DNA from: Podarcis cretensis
Taxonomy: Eukaryota
DNA: 64,000 bases
NCBI GenBank assembly: GCA_951804945.1
Contig: OX638154.1
Location: forward strand, 51,584,001-51,648,000
Direction of reading: 5' to 3'
Positions within the stretch are counted from its first letter, which is position 1. Every line of letters begins with the position of its first letter. The notes beneath the pieces are model-generated. The model was not told the DNA's origin, ran no database searches, and saw nothing but the letters and a program-made list of their open reading frames with translations. Made by a program: the position numbers and the translations under genes. Shown here piece after piece: positions 53,142 through 64,000 of this stretch.

Positions 53142-53447
53142 CCCCTTCTGCCCCACCCCAAGAGGTCGTGTGTGTAAGCACCAGCTCCACCTCTATCCGG
53201 GTAAGTTGGGTACCACCACCGGCTCAGAGCCGCAATGGAGTCATCACACAGTATTCTATCGCATACCAAGCGGTGGAAGGAGAGGACAACAGCAAGCGTG
53301 TGGTTGAGGGCATTGGACACGAGCATTCAAGCTGGGAGATCAACAGCCTGGAGAAATGGACAGAGTACAAAGTGTGGGTGAGGGCTCACACAGACGTGGG
53401 TCCTGGGCCAGAGAGCATCCCAGTCTGGGTTCGCACTGATGAAGACG
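53142..53447 (+). CDS. PTPRF: PTPRF exon, FN3 repeat 4 (306 nt)
   Basis: tatccctag|CCCCTTCT...GAAGACG|gtaggt. Translates (T)PSAPPQEVVCVSTSSTSIRVSWVPPPAQSRNGVITQYS...LEKWTEYKVWVRAHTDVGPGPESIPVWVRTDED. Confidence 0.96.
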
Positions 53448-55065
53448 GTAGGTTCCTGACCCATGTCTGAAGGTAACAAGGGCTCTTTTGGGTCCTGCCA
53501 AAGGAATAGCATTTGTAGTGCTGTTCTCGGCTCTACAGAAAGGGGGGTCTAAATGTAGTCAATAATGATGGGGTTAATATGTATGAAATATAATCAAAAT
53601 GCCTGCTTCCTACATGAATCTGTTCCTCTTCTCTATCACATGGGCAAAGCAGCTCTCTATCAAGGACATTCTGAAGCAAAAATTGCATTGTTATGGCTAG
53701 TCTGTCAGATATGTCATGCCAGCTTAAATCTCTTCTGTAGAAAGTGCCAGTCCTTGCACGGTCAGAAGGCACTTCCCAGGCTGCATCCTTGCCTCAGAGA
53801 CCAAAAAGGGCACAGAGAGGCAAATAGAAAAAGGGAGCCACTCAGTAAACTGAGAGCAGGCATACTTCTGTTGTACCACCCATGCTGTGCTGTTGCTTGC
53901 ACCACTGCAACCCTGTAAAGCCTTGCATAGCAATGTTCATTGCCTACTTCTGAAGCTTGCTTGCACATCTGTATGTCCTGCTGCCTGAATTGTTTGCTTC
54001 AGTTCTCATTTAGCAAAGCCTTAGCCGGAGGGACACTGCTACCCTAGAAATGTCGCAGCAAGCTCTCTGCATAAGTTTGAGGTCCGTACAGTTGGCTCTT
54101 CCAGCTAAGCTCTCTGTCAGGAGTGGTTTTAAAACCTTCTGATGCACTCATTTTTCATAGGTGGTAGCACAAAAAGGGGGTGAGAGTGCTTTTTGAATCT
54201 TGAAATATTACTGGTAGCTAATATACCCTCCTCATAATTGGGGTGACCTCCATTGAACCAACAATTCAGTCCCTTGGCAGTTGCTGTTAGCTTAAGACTC
54301 TGCCCTTTATCGGCAGGTATAGGTAAGTCTCGTGATTGCTGTGTCTTGACAGAACCGTCACAAGCACTTTCCCAGCCATGTCTAACTGTTGGAGAAGAAG
54401 GGGAGTGTTGTCCAGTTACTACACTGCAATGTCGTTTGCTTTCCACTCATTTTTCGGATGAGGAATAACCATCAGGGAAAGACACCCCATTTTGCAGTTT
54501 ATGGAGAAAGATGGAATGAGGTCCATGATCCCCTTTCTCATTCACCGATTAGGCTTGCCTCCTCCCCCTGCTAATATATGTATCTTTCCCCTCTGTGCTC
54601 CTCTTCAAGTAATTATCTGCAATTAAGAGTGAGATCTGTGGAAACAACCAGTTGCCAGAGGGTGAGCGGCTGCCTTGCCTGCCTGCCGAGTGTCTGCATA
54701 GAACAGTCCTTACAGGTTCCATCCAGTTCTCTGCCCCCAATTAACCTTGTTCTGCACTAGCAAATGGGACACAGTGTGTTTACAGGGGCTATGGATTTGC
54801 CCTGCAATAACAGAATTCTGGTCTTATTTTTTTCAAGCAAATTCTGAGTAGCAATACAGCAAGGATACTCTCTGGAAGGAACACTGTTCTCGGAAATCAT
54901 TCTGTAAGCTGAATGGCCAGCCAAGAATATGAGTCTCCTAGGACTGCCTTCCTCCCTCATTACCAGCCTCCCACTTTAGGCTATAGAGCAGCTGACCTTA
55001 GAGCAATTTTAATAAATTTAATAAATTTTCATCAGTGGCAGCATTTGGACACAGTAAATCATTAA

Positions 55066-55250
55066 TTTCAGTCCAGTTTCAGGCCCAGACTTTACACCAA
55101 AAAGCACCTTAGTCCCCCTGGTTGATGACATTTGTTGGGAAACAGATGAGGGGAGTGTAACCCTGCTTGTTCTCCTTGATCTTTTGGTGGCTTTTGATAC
55201 CTTTGACTGTGGTATTCTTCTGGAGCAACTCCCATAGCTAGGGGTTGTGG
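55066..55250 (+). mobile_element. L2-type RT internal fragment
   Basis: Decayed QS.FRP...LVDDI...DEGSVTLLVLLDLLVAFDTFD.GILL motif. Confidence 0.65.
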
Positions 55251-55583
55251 TTTGTTTTTCCATTCACTAATAAGGAGGTATGAAGTGAACGCTCCTGGCA
55301 TATTCATGGTAAATCATTAACTATATTCCCATTGTGCCTGTAATATGTCCACTCATTGATATGTATGTATTGGGTTGTGTGGGTACTAGTAATCTAGACA
55401 GAGCTTTGCATCTCCTTATGCCACGCCTTGAATAGCAGGACAGCTTAGTCCCACAGTACAATCATGGATATTTGCCATTCACTCTACTGTGAATTCTGCT
55501 TTGTAATCTGGGGTGATGTGTGTCTCCTCCACCCCAGAAGCAATGCTGTTGTCTCTGATGAAATTTTCTCATGTGCCTTCCAG

Positions 55584-55777
55584 TGCCCAGTGCTCCACCT
55601 CGGAAAGTGGAGGTAGAATCAGTGAACTCCACAACCATTCGTGTTACCTGGAAGTCACCTATCTCTAACAAGCAGCATGGCCAGATCCGAGGCTACCAAG
55701 TCATCTGTGTGAAGCTGGAGAATAATGAGCCAGTTGGGTTGCCTATCATGAAAGACGTCATGGTAGCAGAGTCCCAG
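55584..55777 (+). CDS. PTPRF: PTPRF exon, FN3 repeat 5 first part (194 nt, phase 1/0)
   Basis: gccttccag|TGCCCAGT...GTCCCAG|gtatat. Translates (V)[64 protein letters not shown]. Confidence 0.95.
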
Positions 55778-58156
55778 GTATATCCTGGTATGAGTGGGAT
55801 GGATGGATGCATGCATGGACAGACAGATAAATAAAATATTTTGGAGAAGGGTCTATATTTGCTTTGTCATGGGCTTTTTCACTTTATATGGTTAGAGAGA
55901 AAGAGCTATATTATGGCAAAGAACATGCATTTTCTTTGTTACAGGCTTCCTTACTATAGTTGAGAGCCTAAAACAAATTTTGGGAGAGAACGATGTGAAA
56001 AGGGTTGAGATGGAATGAACTGGGAGTATCAGGGAGCAGGACAAGGGACTTCTACAGTTGCAGTCTAGGTGTGATCATATGTTAGCTAGACTGTTTGAAT
56101 GGCACCCAATAGGATTACTGGAGAGCTATGTTGACTAATTAATATATCTCATTAATACAACACTTGATTCATTTGCATCTTTCTCAGCAGGGAGTAAAGC
56201 ACAGCCAACCCTCCAACACACATACAACCACTACCCACCCCATATACAACCCAAAACCACCCCAACAAGGAGTGGGGGGGGGGAATAAAGTGAGACAAAG
56301 ACCTGCTAGCTCAAGACTTCACTGCTCAGCTTAGACCATCATGATTCCTACAGACTTTGTCGAATTTTTGTATTTGTGAAGCAGCCCAGCGCCTCTTCCA
56401 ATTTCCTCAAAGTTGTCCTTTAGGCTGATGAAATTAATCATCAACTTGCTGCCGTGTTCTTTTGGTCTTTGGGGTTAAAGATTTGGTCCCAAGTAAACTA
56501 TGCTGTTAATCTCCTCTAAATGAAATAACTTGATTGCATTTGCTTTTTGAACTGGGGGAAGGGGTTCCTCTGTTAGAGAGAAAATGAACCTTCCTGGGCA
56601 TTAAGAACAGATTTCACCACTGTTCTTTTAGAACACTAAGTTTGCAAGTGCATGTTCCATGGTCTCCAGTCCTTCATGGGCATGTCTCTGCATTAGTGTT
56701 TCCCCATATGGCAGAGATCAGAGGCTAGCTAATGTCCCTTCCCATCTGTCCTTTGAAAGGTAAAAATGCAAGATAGTCTGCCGCCATATCTTGCTGAGTT
56801 CCTAGATTCTTCCTATCCTACTTCCCTTCCAGGGTAAATTTATATAGAAAGGGGTTTCATAGGTTCAGTTTACCTTGCTGAAGGTGGGAACTGAGACCTT
56901 ATGATAAGGAAACATTTCCTTATGCCCCCCCCCCCCCCGTTCCTCTTTTGTTCACTACCTATGGCTACAGTGCTAACTGCTTTTATCATGCACATTTTAT
57001 TGACTCTGATATTCCTCAGCCATGTGACTGGGAGCGAGTCCCAAAAGAGTTAAGAACCAATTATGTAATATTTCTGAGCCTGGCAGGTTAGACTGCCACC
57101 TCATCCCACTCTACCACTGTCTTCCACTTGGACCTTGGAGACAGAGGCAGGGAATCTTCAGACCACCTAGGAGGTTTGCTTGCCAGGCTGCTTTGGGTAA
57201 AGAATGCCCTTTCCCATTCCTCCCCTTCCCCCTTCAAGTGCCCATCTGTTCGTCATATTAGTTGGGACCAGGAGGACTGCCTTACCATGTACACACTTTC
57301 CTGCTTCCTGGAATTACCTAACACAAAAGCCAAACAGGGTTCCACCTGGCCATATAAACCTGCTGTCTCTTAGCTTAGCTACACAGTCTGAGTAACTCAT
57401 TGCTCAGATGCAGACCAAGTTGGATTTGACCATTCCTGCTTCCCTGCTTGCCTCTAGCCCTGGCATTGCTTCATTCTGATTTACTTCCTGATGCTATGCT
57501 TCATTTATTTCTTATGTGATCATCCAGTTTCCGGCTGAGGTGCTTCACAGTATTTTGTAGAGCTCATGCCTTAGGACAATCCTGGCTCAGTTGATCCTTG
57601 GATTGGATCTGGGCTGTTTTCACACCTTGTACTTTGATACTGTGTGGTATCAAATAAGGCATCTAACGGTAGAGTCTCTTCTCAGACTGTCTGATTTGCA
57701 GCCACAGGCTTCCCTCCTTATGGAAATGTTCACACATAGAGGCATAGAGACAAAGACTATATAGATGGAACAAATAAACTTGGTCAGTTTATTCAGATGA
57801 CTATAGGAAAATGAAGCTGATGTCTGCCATTTCTTACAATCCTATACATACTTAAGATTATGTATTAAAATTACATATGGGAGGTTTCAGGAAGCAATAA
57901 TCAGTTCAGAGAACAAAAATGAACACGATTTCCTAGCCCTCGTATATGTAGGTAAGGAGAAATATGAATGTGTAGGAAACATCTGAAATTTACCCATCAG
58001 TTAGAAAAGGGTGGATTTGTCTTCCAGTACTTAGAGTTACTGTTTTGAAGTCAGGTTACACCCTCCTCCCTATTGTGTTTAGCATCTCACAATTAATTTA
58101 ATCCAAAAGAATAATCTAGGTTATCAAAGCACAATAATTTGGTACAAAATTCATTT

Positions 58157-58464
58157 GGGTGTTGGCGCTGTGGGTTAAACCACAGAGCCTAGGACTTGCC
58201 GATCAGAAGGTCGGCGGTTTGAATCCCTGTGACTGGGTGAGCTCCCGTTGCTCAGTCCCAGCTCCTGCCAACCTAGCAGTTCGAAAGCACATCAAAGTGC
58301 AAGTAGATAAATAGGTACCACTCTGGCGGGGAGGTAACCAGCTCTGGCTGGCCACATGACCCGGAAGCTGTATGCCGGCTCCATCGGCCAGTAAAGCGAG
58401 ATGAGTGCCGCAACCCCAGAGTCGGCCACGACTGGACCTAATGGTCAGGGGCCCCTTTACCTTT
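58157..58464 (+). mobile_element. Sauria-type SINE (second, internally shorter copy)
   Basis: tggcgctgtgggttaaacc...gatcagaaggtcggcggtttgaatccc...ctgccaacctagcagttcgaaagca...cctttaccttt; homologous to 14885-15243 in the opposite orientation. Confidence 0.9.
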
Positions 58465-58499
58465 TATGTCTTTAGTTTATCTAGCTCTATATTTAGTAT

Positions 58500-59052
58500 T
58501 CACAGGAATACGCAAACGGGATATTGTAGAGTTGGAAAAGGCTCAGAAAAGGGCAACTCCCCTGTGAAGAGCAGTTGCAGCATTTGGGACTTAGAGAAAG
58601 GGCGAGTAAGAGGCGAAACGATGGAAGTCAATACACTTATGCATGGCATTGAGAAAGTGGACAGAGAAACATTTTCCTCCTCTCTCATAATGCTAGAACT
58701 TGTGGACATCCCTTGAAGCTGAACATTTGAAGATTCAGGACAGAAAAGAAAGTACTTCTTCATGCAGCACATAGTTGAACTATGGAACTTGCTCCCACAG
58801 ACAGCAGTGGCAGCCACCAACTTGTGTGGCCTTAAAAGAGGTTTAGACAAATTCATGGAGGACAATGCTGTCAGTGGCTACTAGCCATGAGGACTGTGCT
58901 CTACCTCCACTGTCAGAGGCAGGATGCCTCTGAATACCAGTTGCTGGGAATCACAGGAGGGCAGAGTGCTCTTGCACTCAGGTCCTGCTTGGAGGCTCCC
59001 AACAGACACCTGGTTGGCCACTATAAGAACAGGATGCTGGTCTAGATGGGCC
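58500..59052 (+). mobile_element. CR1 LINE 3' fragment
   Basis: DIVELEKAQKR...LEKGRVRG...MHGIEKVDRETF...KRKYFFMQHIVELWNLLP...LKRGLDKFMED, followed by the 3' UTR; similar to 16960-17890. Confidence 0.85.
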
Positions 59053-59118
59053 ATGTTAAAAAGTTGCAAGCCTTCAGAATAGAATAAGAGCATAGGCAGC
59101 TGTCTTATACATATATCA

Positions 59119-59295
59119 CATCCACACTGTATGTTGAAAGCACATGGTGTCTCTATTTCCCCCCACCAAAAAAAAAAAAAAAAAGAATTCTTTTTTGGGA
59201 ACTGTAGTTTGAATTTTTGCTCTAGGAGGGATAAACTACAATTCCCAGGGTTCTTTGGGGAAGCCATGTGCTTTAAATGCATGCTGTGGATGAGT
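59119..59295. mobile_element. Palindromic MITE
   Basis: Imperfect inverted arms CATCCACA...AAAGCACATGG and CCATGTGCTTT...TGTGGATG, with internal GGGAACTGTAGTTT / AAACTACAATTCCC. Related fragments occur near 26800-26890 and 51170-51290. Confidence 0.65.
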
Positions 59296-60464
59296 CAAAT
59301 CCAGTGGTCCATCTAGCTCAGCAGTCTCTGACAGCAGCTTGAGATAGCACAGGCACATAAATATGTCTTTAGAACTAGCCATCTCCACACCAAAGAACAA
59401 GAAGAATAGCAACCTCTCCTCTGAGACAAGGATTCTGTAACCACTTAAGTTGGCTTTATTAGCAAAATCCACATGATATCCATTGGTAAAAACAAAACAA
59501 AAAAGCCGACACCTGAAGTGAAGAATTATTGTGCATTCAGCAGGCGTGTGTATGTGCTTCTAGGGCAAATCTTCACTACAATGACAGTTCACACACAGGG
59601 GAAATAAATGTCAGGGTAGGGCTAGTCCAAGTAATCCATATCACAGCTCTCTCCCCCAGAACTGCAGACATGGTCAGAGAGAGAGTGGCTATAGAGAGTC
59701 ATGATGAAGACTAAAATGAAATGCTGTAAGGGCATTGCAGCCAGCATAAATACCAGCTGCCAGTGTTAGCTCTGCTTGTATTGGTTCTGGTGCTCCCAAG
59801 CAGTGGCAGCAGCTGAATCTTTTTTATTAAGGCCACTGCCTTCCTAAAACCCATTTATCTTACTCAGCAACGCTAAATACTTAAGAAGCAATTGGGCTGG
59901 TTTAGCAGAGAAATGTTTTTATCTGCAGGTGACTGTTTCATAAATTCAGACATTTGGCTGGAGCAGATTTCAGAGAGATGCTCCTTCTGTGGAGGTTCTT
60001 CTGATCTGTGAGGAGATTAGAGTCTGGTGAAGATGTCAGGGTAAACACTACATTTAAATAAACTGTTAAGATTGAATGGGTGCCACCAGGATGCTGGTCT
60101 GCTTCACATATTTCTGCTTTGCCCTTCAGGGAAATTGTGGAGTTCTCCTGCAGTTTGGAGCATTTTGCTCATTTGCACAGTCTGCTTTCACGGTCTGCTT
60201 ATTGATATTGGCTTGGATGTCATATTTTCAATACATTTTATATATGCAAAATCTATCATCATTCTGGTATAATAATCATTGTTATCATTATCACCTCACT
60301 TTTCAGGAAACATTAGATGTAGCTTACAAAAATAAGTAGTAAAATAAAATACAATCTAAAAGAAATACATAAAATATTAAAAATAGCAGGAATAAAACAT
60401 AGGAATTAAACAACAGCAGTCCATAAAGGCTCTAAAAGAAACAGATATTTCTTCCTTTATTTAA

Positions 60465-60790
60465 ACAATTTATACCCCATTTTTAAGCTTCACAAAGGGC
60501 CCCCGGACATAATAAAAAATACAAGCACTGATGAATAATAAAACAGAATATAGAACAGCAAGGATAAAAACCCTCAAATAAGCTAAAAGCTTGGTGAAGC
60601 AAAAAAAAAAATGTAACTCTCGAAAACTCCATTCAGGCTTCTTGGGGAAGGAATTGTACAGCTTGGGCACCACAACCAAGAAGCCCCTGTCCCATGTCCC
60701 AGTCAGTTGGATGTCCCCAAACAGCAGGATATGGAGCAGGGCTTTGAATGAAGAATGTAATGGGCTGGCAGCCCTTAGAAACAAAATATT
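60465..60790 (-). mobile_element. Old L2-type LINE 3' fragment
   Basis: The minus-strand ORF contains DRGFLVVVPKLYNSFP, a decayed RAFSVVAP.LWN.LP, and a tail tttatacccc at about 60468. Confidence 0.55.
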
Positions 60791-61335
60791 GTGTGTGTGT
60801 TTTTCCTTTTTAAATAAAAGCTTAAAACGCTCGGAAGGCAGAAATCTCTTTCTAGTACCAAATTCTGTACAACTTCAAAGCATGAGGGAAATCAATCAAA
60901 TGCACACAGGCTTGGATATAGTCTACTGCTTTTGTTTATAATATTTCTAACCCACTCTTCATCACAATGGATCCCAGAGTGGGGTGAAAACAAACATTCA
61001 TATTGATAGAATAGTTCTGAGCAGGCAGCTGAGAAATGTAATTATTAATTAGCTTGAGAGAAAGCAAATTTAATACAGATAGAGGAGCTCACATTCTGAT
61101 ATACACAGAGCAAGTTAAGGCACCTTTGCAATCTCACCTGCAGATGGCTGAGCAAGAAACCAGCCTTTGATGTAGCACACTGTAACCTCATAAGTTGCAA
61201 CATTCTTGAGCAGTGATCAGCTGTGCATATTTTCATGTTCCTGTGAACAGACAGGATAGACGATCATATCATTGTCTTGAATAATTGTGCCATTTTGTGT
61301 CTCATTCATCCTAGGAGAATGGCTTCTCCTTTGCA

Positions 61336-61524
<189 letters not shown>

Positions 61525-63482
61525 TCAGTGTGTGTTCTTCCCTATCTCCTCCTTTCTTTTATTAATTCTCCATCCTCTGAATCCCCCTTTGCATAGGTGT
61601 TGCCTAAGCATTTATAAAACATGGTTTGATTGTATTACTTTACTTGGGCCTGCGCCCCTGCTCTCACGGCTTGCCAGCCTTGTCTACATGTCACCCCTCC
61701 AAATCCCCAGCCCTCTTCCACTTTACACCTCAACACCGCAGACCTCACCCAAAGCCTCTCCCCTTTACACTTCACCACTGGTAGGGTGAAATGAAGTAAA
61801 TGAAGAGGAGAAAGTCTTTTCTCACCTTAGCACTCCTGCCCTGCTGCAAGTTTCCTTTTAATTGTCCCACCACTGTCACTCAGAGAGAGAAAAAGAAATT
61901 GCATTTTAAAATGCAGGCTTTTTCTCTCCTTCCCACAGGAACAGCCTCCCAGCAGAACAGCAGGCAGGCAAGAGGGGAAGGCAGACCAGGCAAGCCCTGC
62001 CCTGGCTGTTTCTCTGTGACTTGCCTGTCCACAACCCACACCACTTGCCTGGACCACCTGCCACCTGTGTCACTCACCTGCCTGTCTGGGCTGCCTGCCT
62101 GCTGTTCCGTCATCACTCTGCAGTTGGTCACACCAACTGCAGTGTGACAACATTATTACAATCTTAATACATAGCAAGAAAAACTGAAGTTCAATAAAAC
62201 ACAATGACACACATTTTAAAAATGCCATTGTTGGGAATGGAAGTGGGCAGTGATTGAGATAGTGGCAGTACATTTTGTGAACTGGAGGAAGCAGAATTGA
62301 GGGGAGGGGGATTTTCCAAAAGCAGGGCTGTGGACATGTACAGACCTGTGGCTCTCTTGATTACTTCTATGGGACATCATGTCTTTGCAGCAGTTTCAGG
62401 TATTTCTTTCTACAACAGCTTTTGCTGCTGGCTGGTGCCTTAGTAGCCGTGGATCTCACTTGTTTTGAAGAGCTTGCTTCTGGGTTTTGCTGCCAGTGAA
62501 AACATATGTGTCGCTGCCAAACTCATTTGCTACAGAGCAAGTTGCAGCAAAGAGCTCCTCTGTCCAGACAGTTCAGTAGTATGAGATCACTTGCCTGCCT
62601 GGGGTGGGGTGGATGTGAATCCTTGTGAGCCTTCCTTCAGAACCCAAGCATGTTGCTTTGGAAGGCAAAGACATGAGTAAATGAGACGTGCACCATAAAT
62701 CTGCTTGCTTTGTAAGATGCACTTTAGGTAAATGCACTCTTTGCAAGAATTTAAGTACCGTAACTCTGCTTGGTGCAAGAAACTTAGAAATTGATTACAC
62801 TGATGATCATGCTGCTTCTCTGGCTGGTTTTTGAGGAAGCTTATCTCAGTACGCAGCTATTGCTTATCTTAACAGGGAGGGTTACAGGAGTCTGAGAATT
62901 ATGGTTGAAAGGGTTCAGCTGGTGGAAGGGGGGAGGGCAAGTATTGCCCTGAAGCTTTGGTAGGTCATTTTTCCTGATTTGGTTTGAGTCTCTTGGCTTG
63001 TGCTGTCTCATCAGAGGCTCTGGAGCCCAGCCACAGCATTTCATGAAGACATTTCTATGTCCTATTTCCACTAGGATCATTCACTACAGGAGGAACATAC
63101 TATTTTCACATGTGTTTCTCCTTGTTACTGTTAATTCCTTTATTGCTAACAGTAGCAATATGTTGTTTCTAAAGCTGGTGTCCAGAGCTAGCATATGTAC
63201 CTACATAATGTAACATATCAAACTCCCAGGTTAGTGTGTATAGGATTGCAGCCTTAGATAGTCTGCAGTTTGAAGAGGGGGGTTGTTTCTGTAGTTCTCG
63301 GGGGGGGGGGAGAAAGAGAGCTACAATTCTTTGTGTGAGAGAGGTGTTTGTGGAAGAAAGCAGTAGATACACTTGGGGGTCCAGATAGTGCCAAATCTTG
63401 TGTGTGCGCTTGCATGTGTTAATAATCCATAGTTTGTCATCACAGTTCCCTTACTCTTTCCTCCTTCCTGTCCCCCCATCAG

Positions 63483-63509
63483 TTAAGGTTTAAGGACGCT
63501 ATTGACCAC
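63483..63509 (+). CDS. PTPRF: 27-nt microexon at the meC / LASE-c position in FN5 (LRFKDAIDH)
   Basis: ctctttcctccttcctgtccccccatcag|TTAAGGTTTAAGGACGCTATTGACCAC|gtaagt. It is exactly 27 nt, phase 0, stop-free, and in the intron where LAR-RPTPs carry the 9-aa meC exon. TGCATG at 63411. Confidence 0.75.
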
Positions 63510-64000
63510 GTAAGTACCATTTGTTAGAGTGTTTGCTTGGATCAGATGGGTCTGAGGATCATTTTGTGAAATCTGTGTGCATAGTGCTGTCAAAACACCC
63601 CTGTCAATCCTCAGATGGTTCTAGGGAGTTGCTCTGTGGAGCTTCCACCAGCCACAAATCCTGAGCAAATTGGCATTTAGATTGCTGCTAAATGCAGAAA
63701 AGCAATTGACATTTTTCATAATCTGTATTTCCAGCTTGTTGCAATGCAATTTCAGGCAGATGCGGGGGGAGCAGTCCACTTTCTACAGTCTTTGGTCCAG
63801 CTCGTTACATGGCAGAGTCAGATCTGTAATCTTTAAACCTCATTGATCCCAGTCGTGAAAAATACCCTGTTCTCTCAGCTGTGACCTTTGGTTGAAACAA
63901 AAGCTGTAATAAGAACACAATCACATTCAAACAGTTAAATTCAATTTTTCCAAGTAATTTTGAGATATAAATTTGGAGGAACAAGCTTGAAAATTACCTT

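Noticed and set aside
13133-55777. Assignment to PTPRD or PTPRS instead of PTPRF
   Set aside because: [42 protein letters not shown] and EHSSWE fit LAR as recalled, and meB begins with Asp. The GGTPIR meA6 alone is not enough to call PTPRD.
61045-61236. LMRLQ and QVRLQ peptides in the minus ORF as a continuation of RAB6 (TVRLQLWDTAGQ)
   Set aside because: The WDTAGQE motif does not follow and the intervening ATIGIDFLSKT segment is absent, so this is probably chance.
62040-62105. Cluster of CACCTG and TGCC motifs
   Set aside because: Could be E-boxes, but it cannot be told apart from low-complexity sequence without conservation data.

Overview
This is vertebrate genomic DNA from a squamate reptile, probably a lacertid lizard, judged from the Sauria-type SINEs and the BovB, CR1 and L2 repeats. 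The whole window lies inside one + strand gene, PTPRF (LAR receptor tyrosine phosphatase), and covers the ectodomain from Ig2 to the first part of FN5. Eight constitutive exons splice in frame at canonical AG/GT sites: 13133-13321, 29336-29446, 45443-45712, 47003-47584, 47973-48106, 48798-48942, 53142-53447 and 55584-55777. Reading the introns shows microexons that the ORF track misses: meA6 (GGTPIR, 23174-23191), meB (DPRE, 36415-36426), a 27-nt meC/LASE-c equivalent with a diverged peptide (LRFKDAIDH, 63483-63509), and a candidate 9-nt meA3 (VFF, 22107-22115) that I do not recall for mammalian LAR. Further candidates are a 21/27-nt in-frame cassette between FN3 and FN4 and two AG|GT recursive-splice or poison-exon-like sites. 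An intronless, disabled copy of the first 43 codons of RAB6 lies antisense in the last intron (61336-61464). The rest is intron with transposons, several with clear target-site duplications. Comparisons to human proteins are from memory and were not run as searches.
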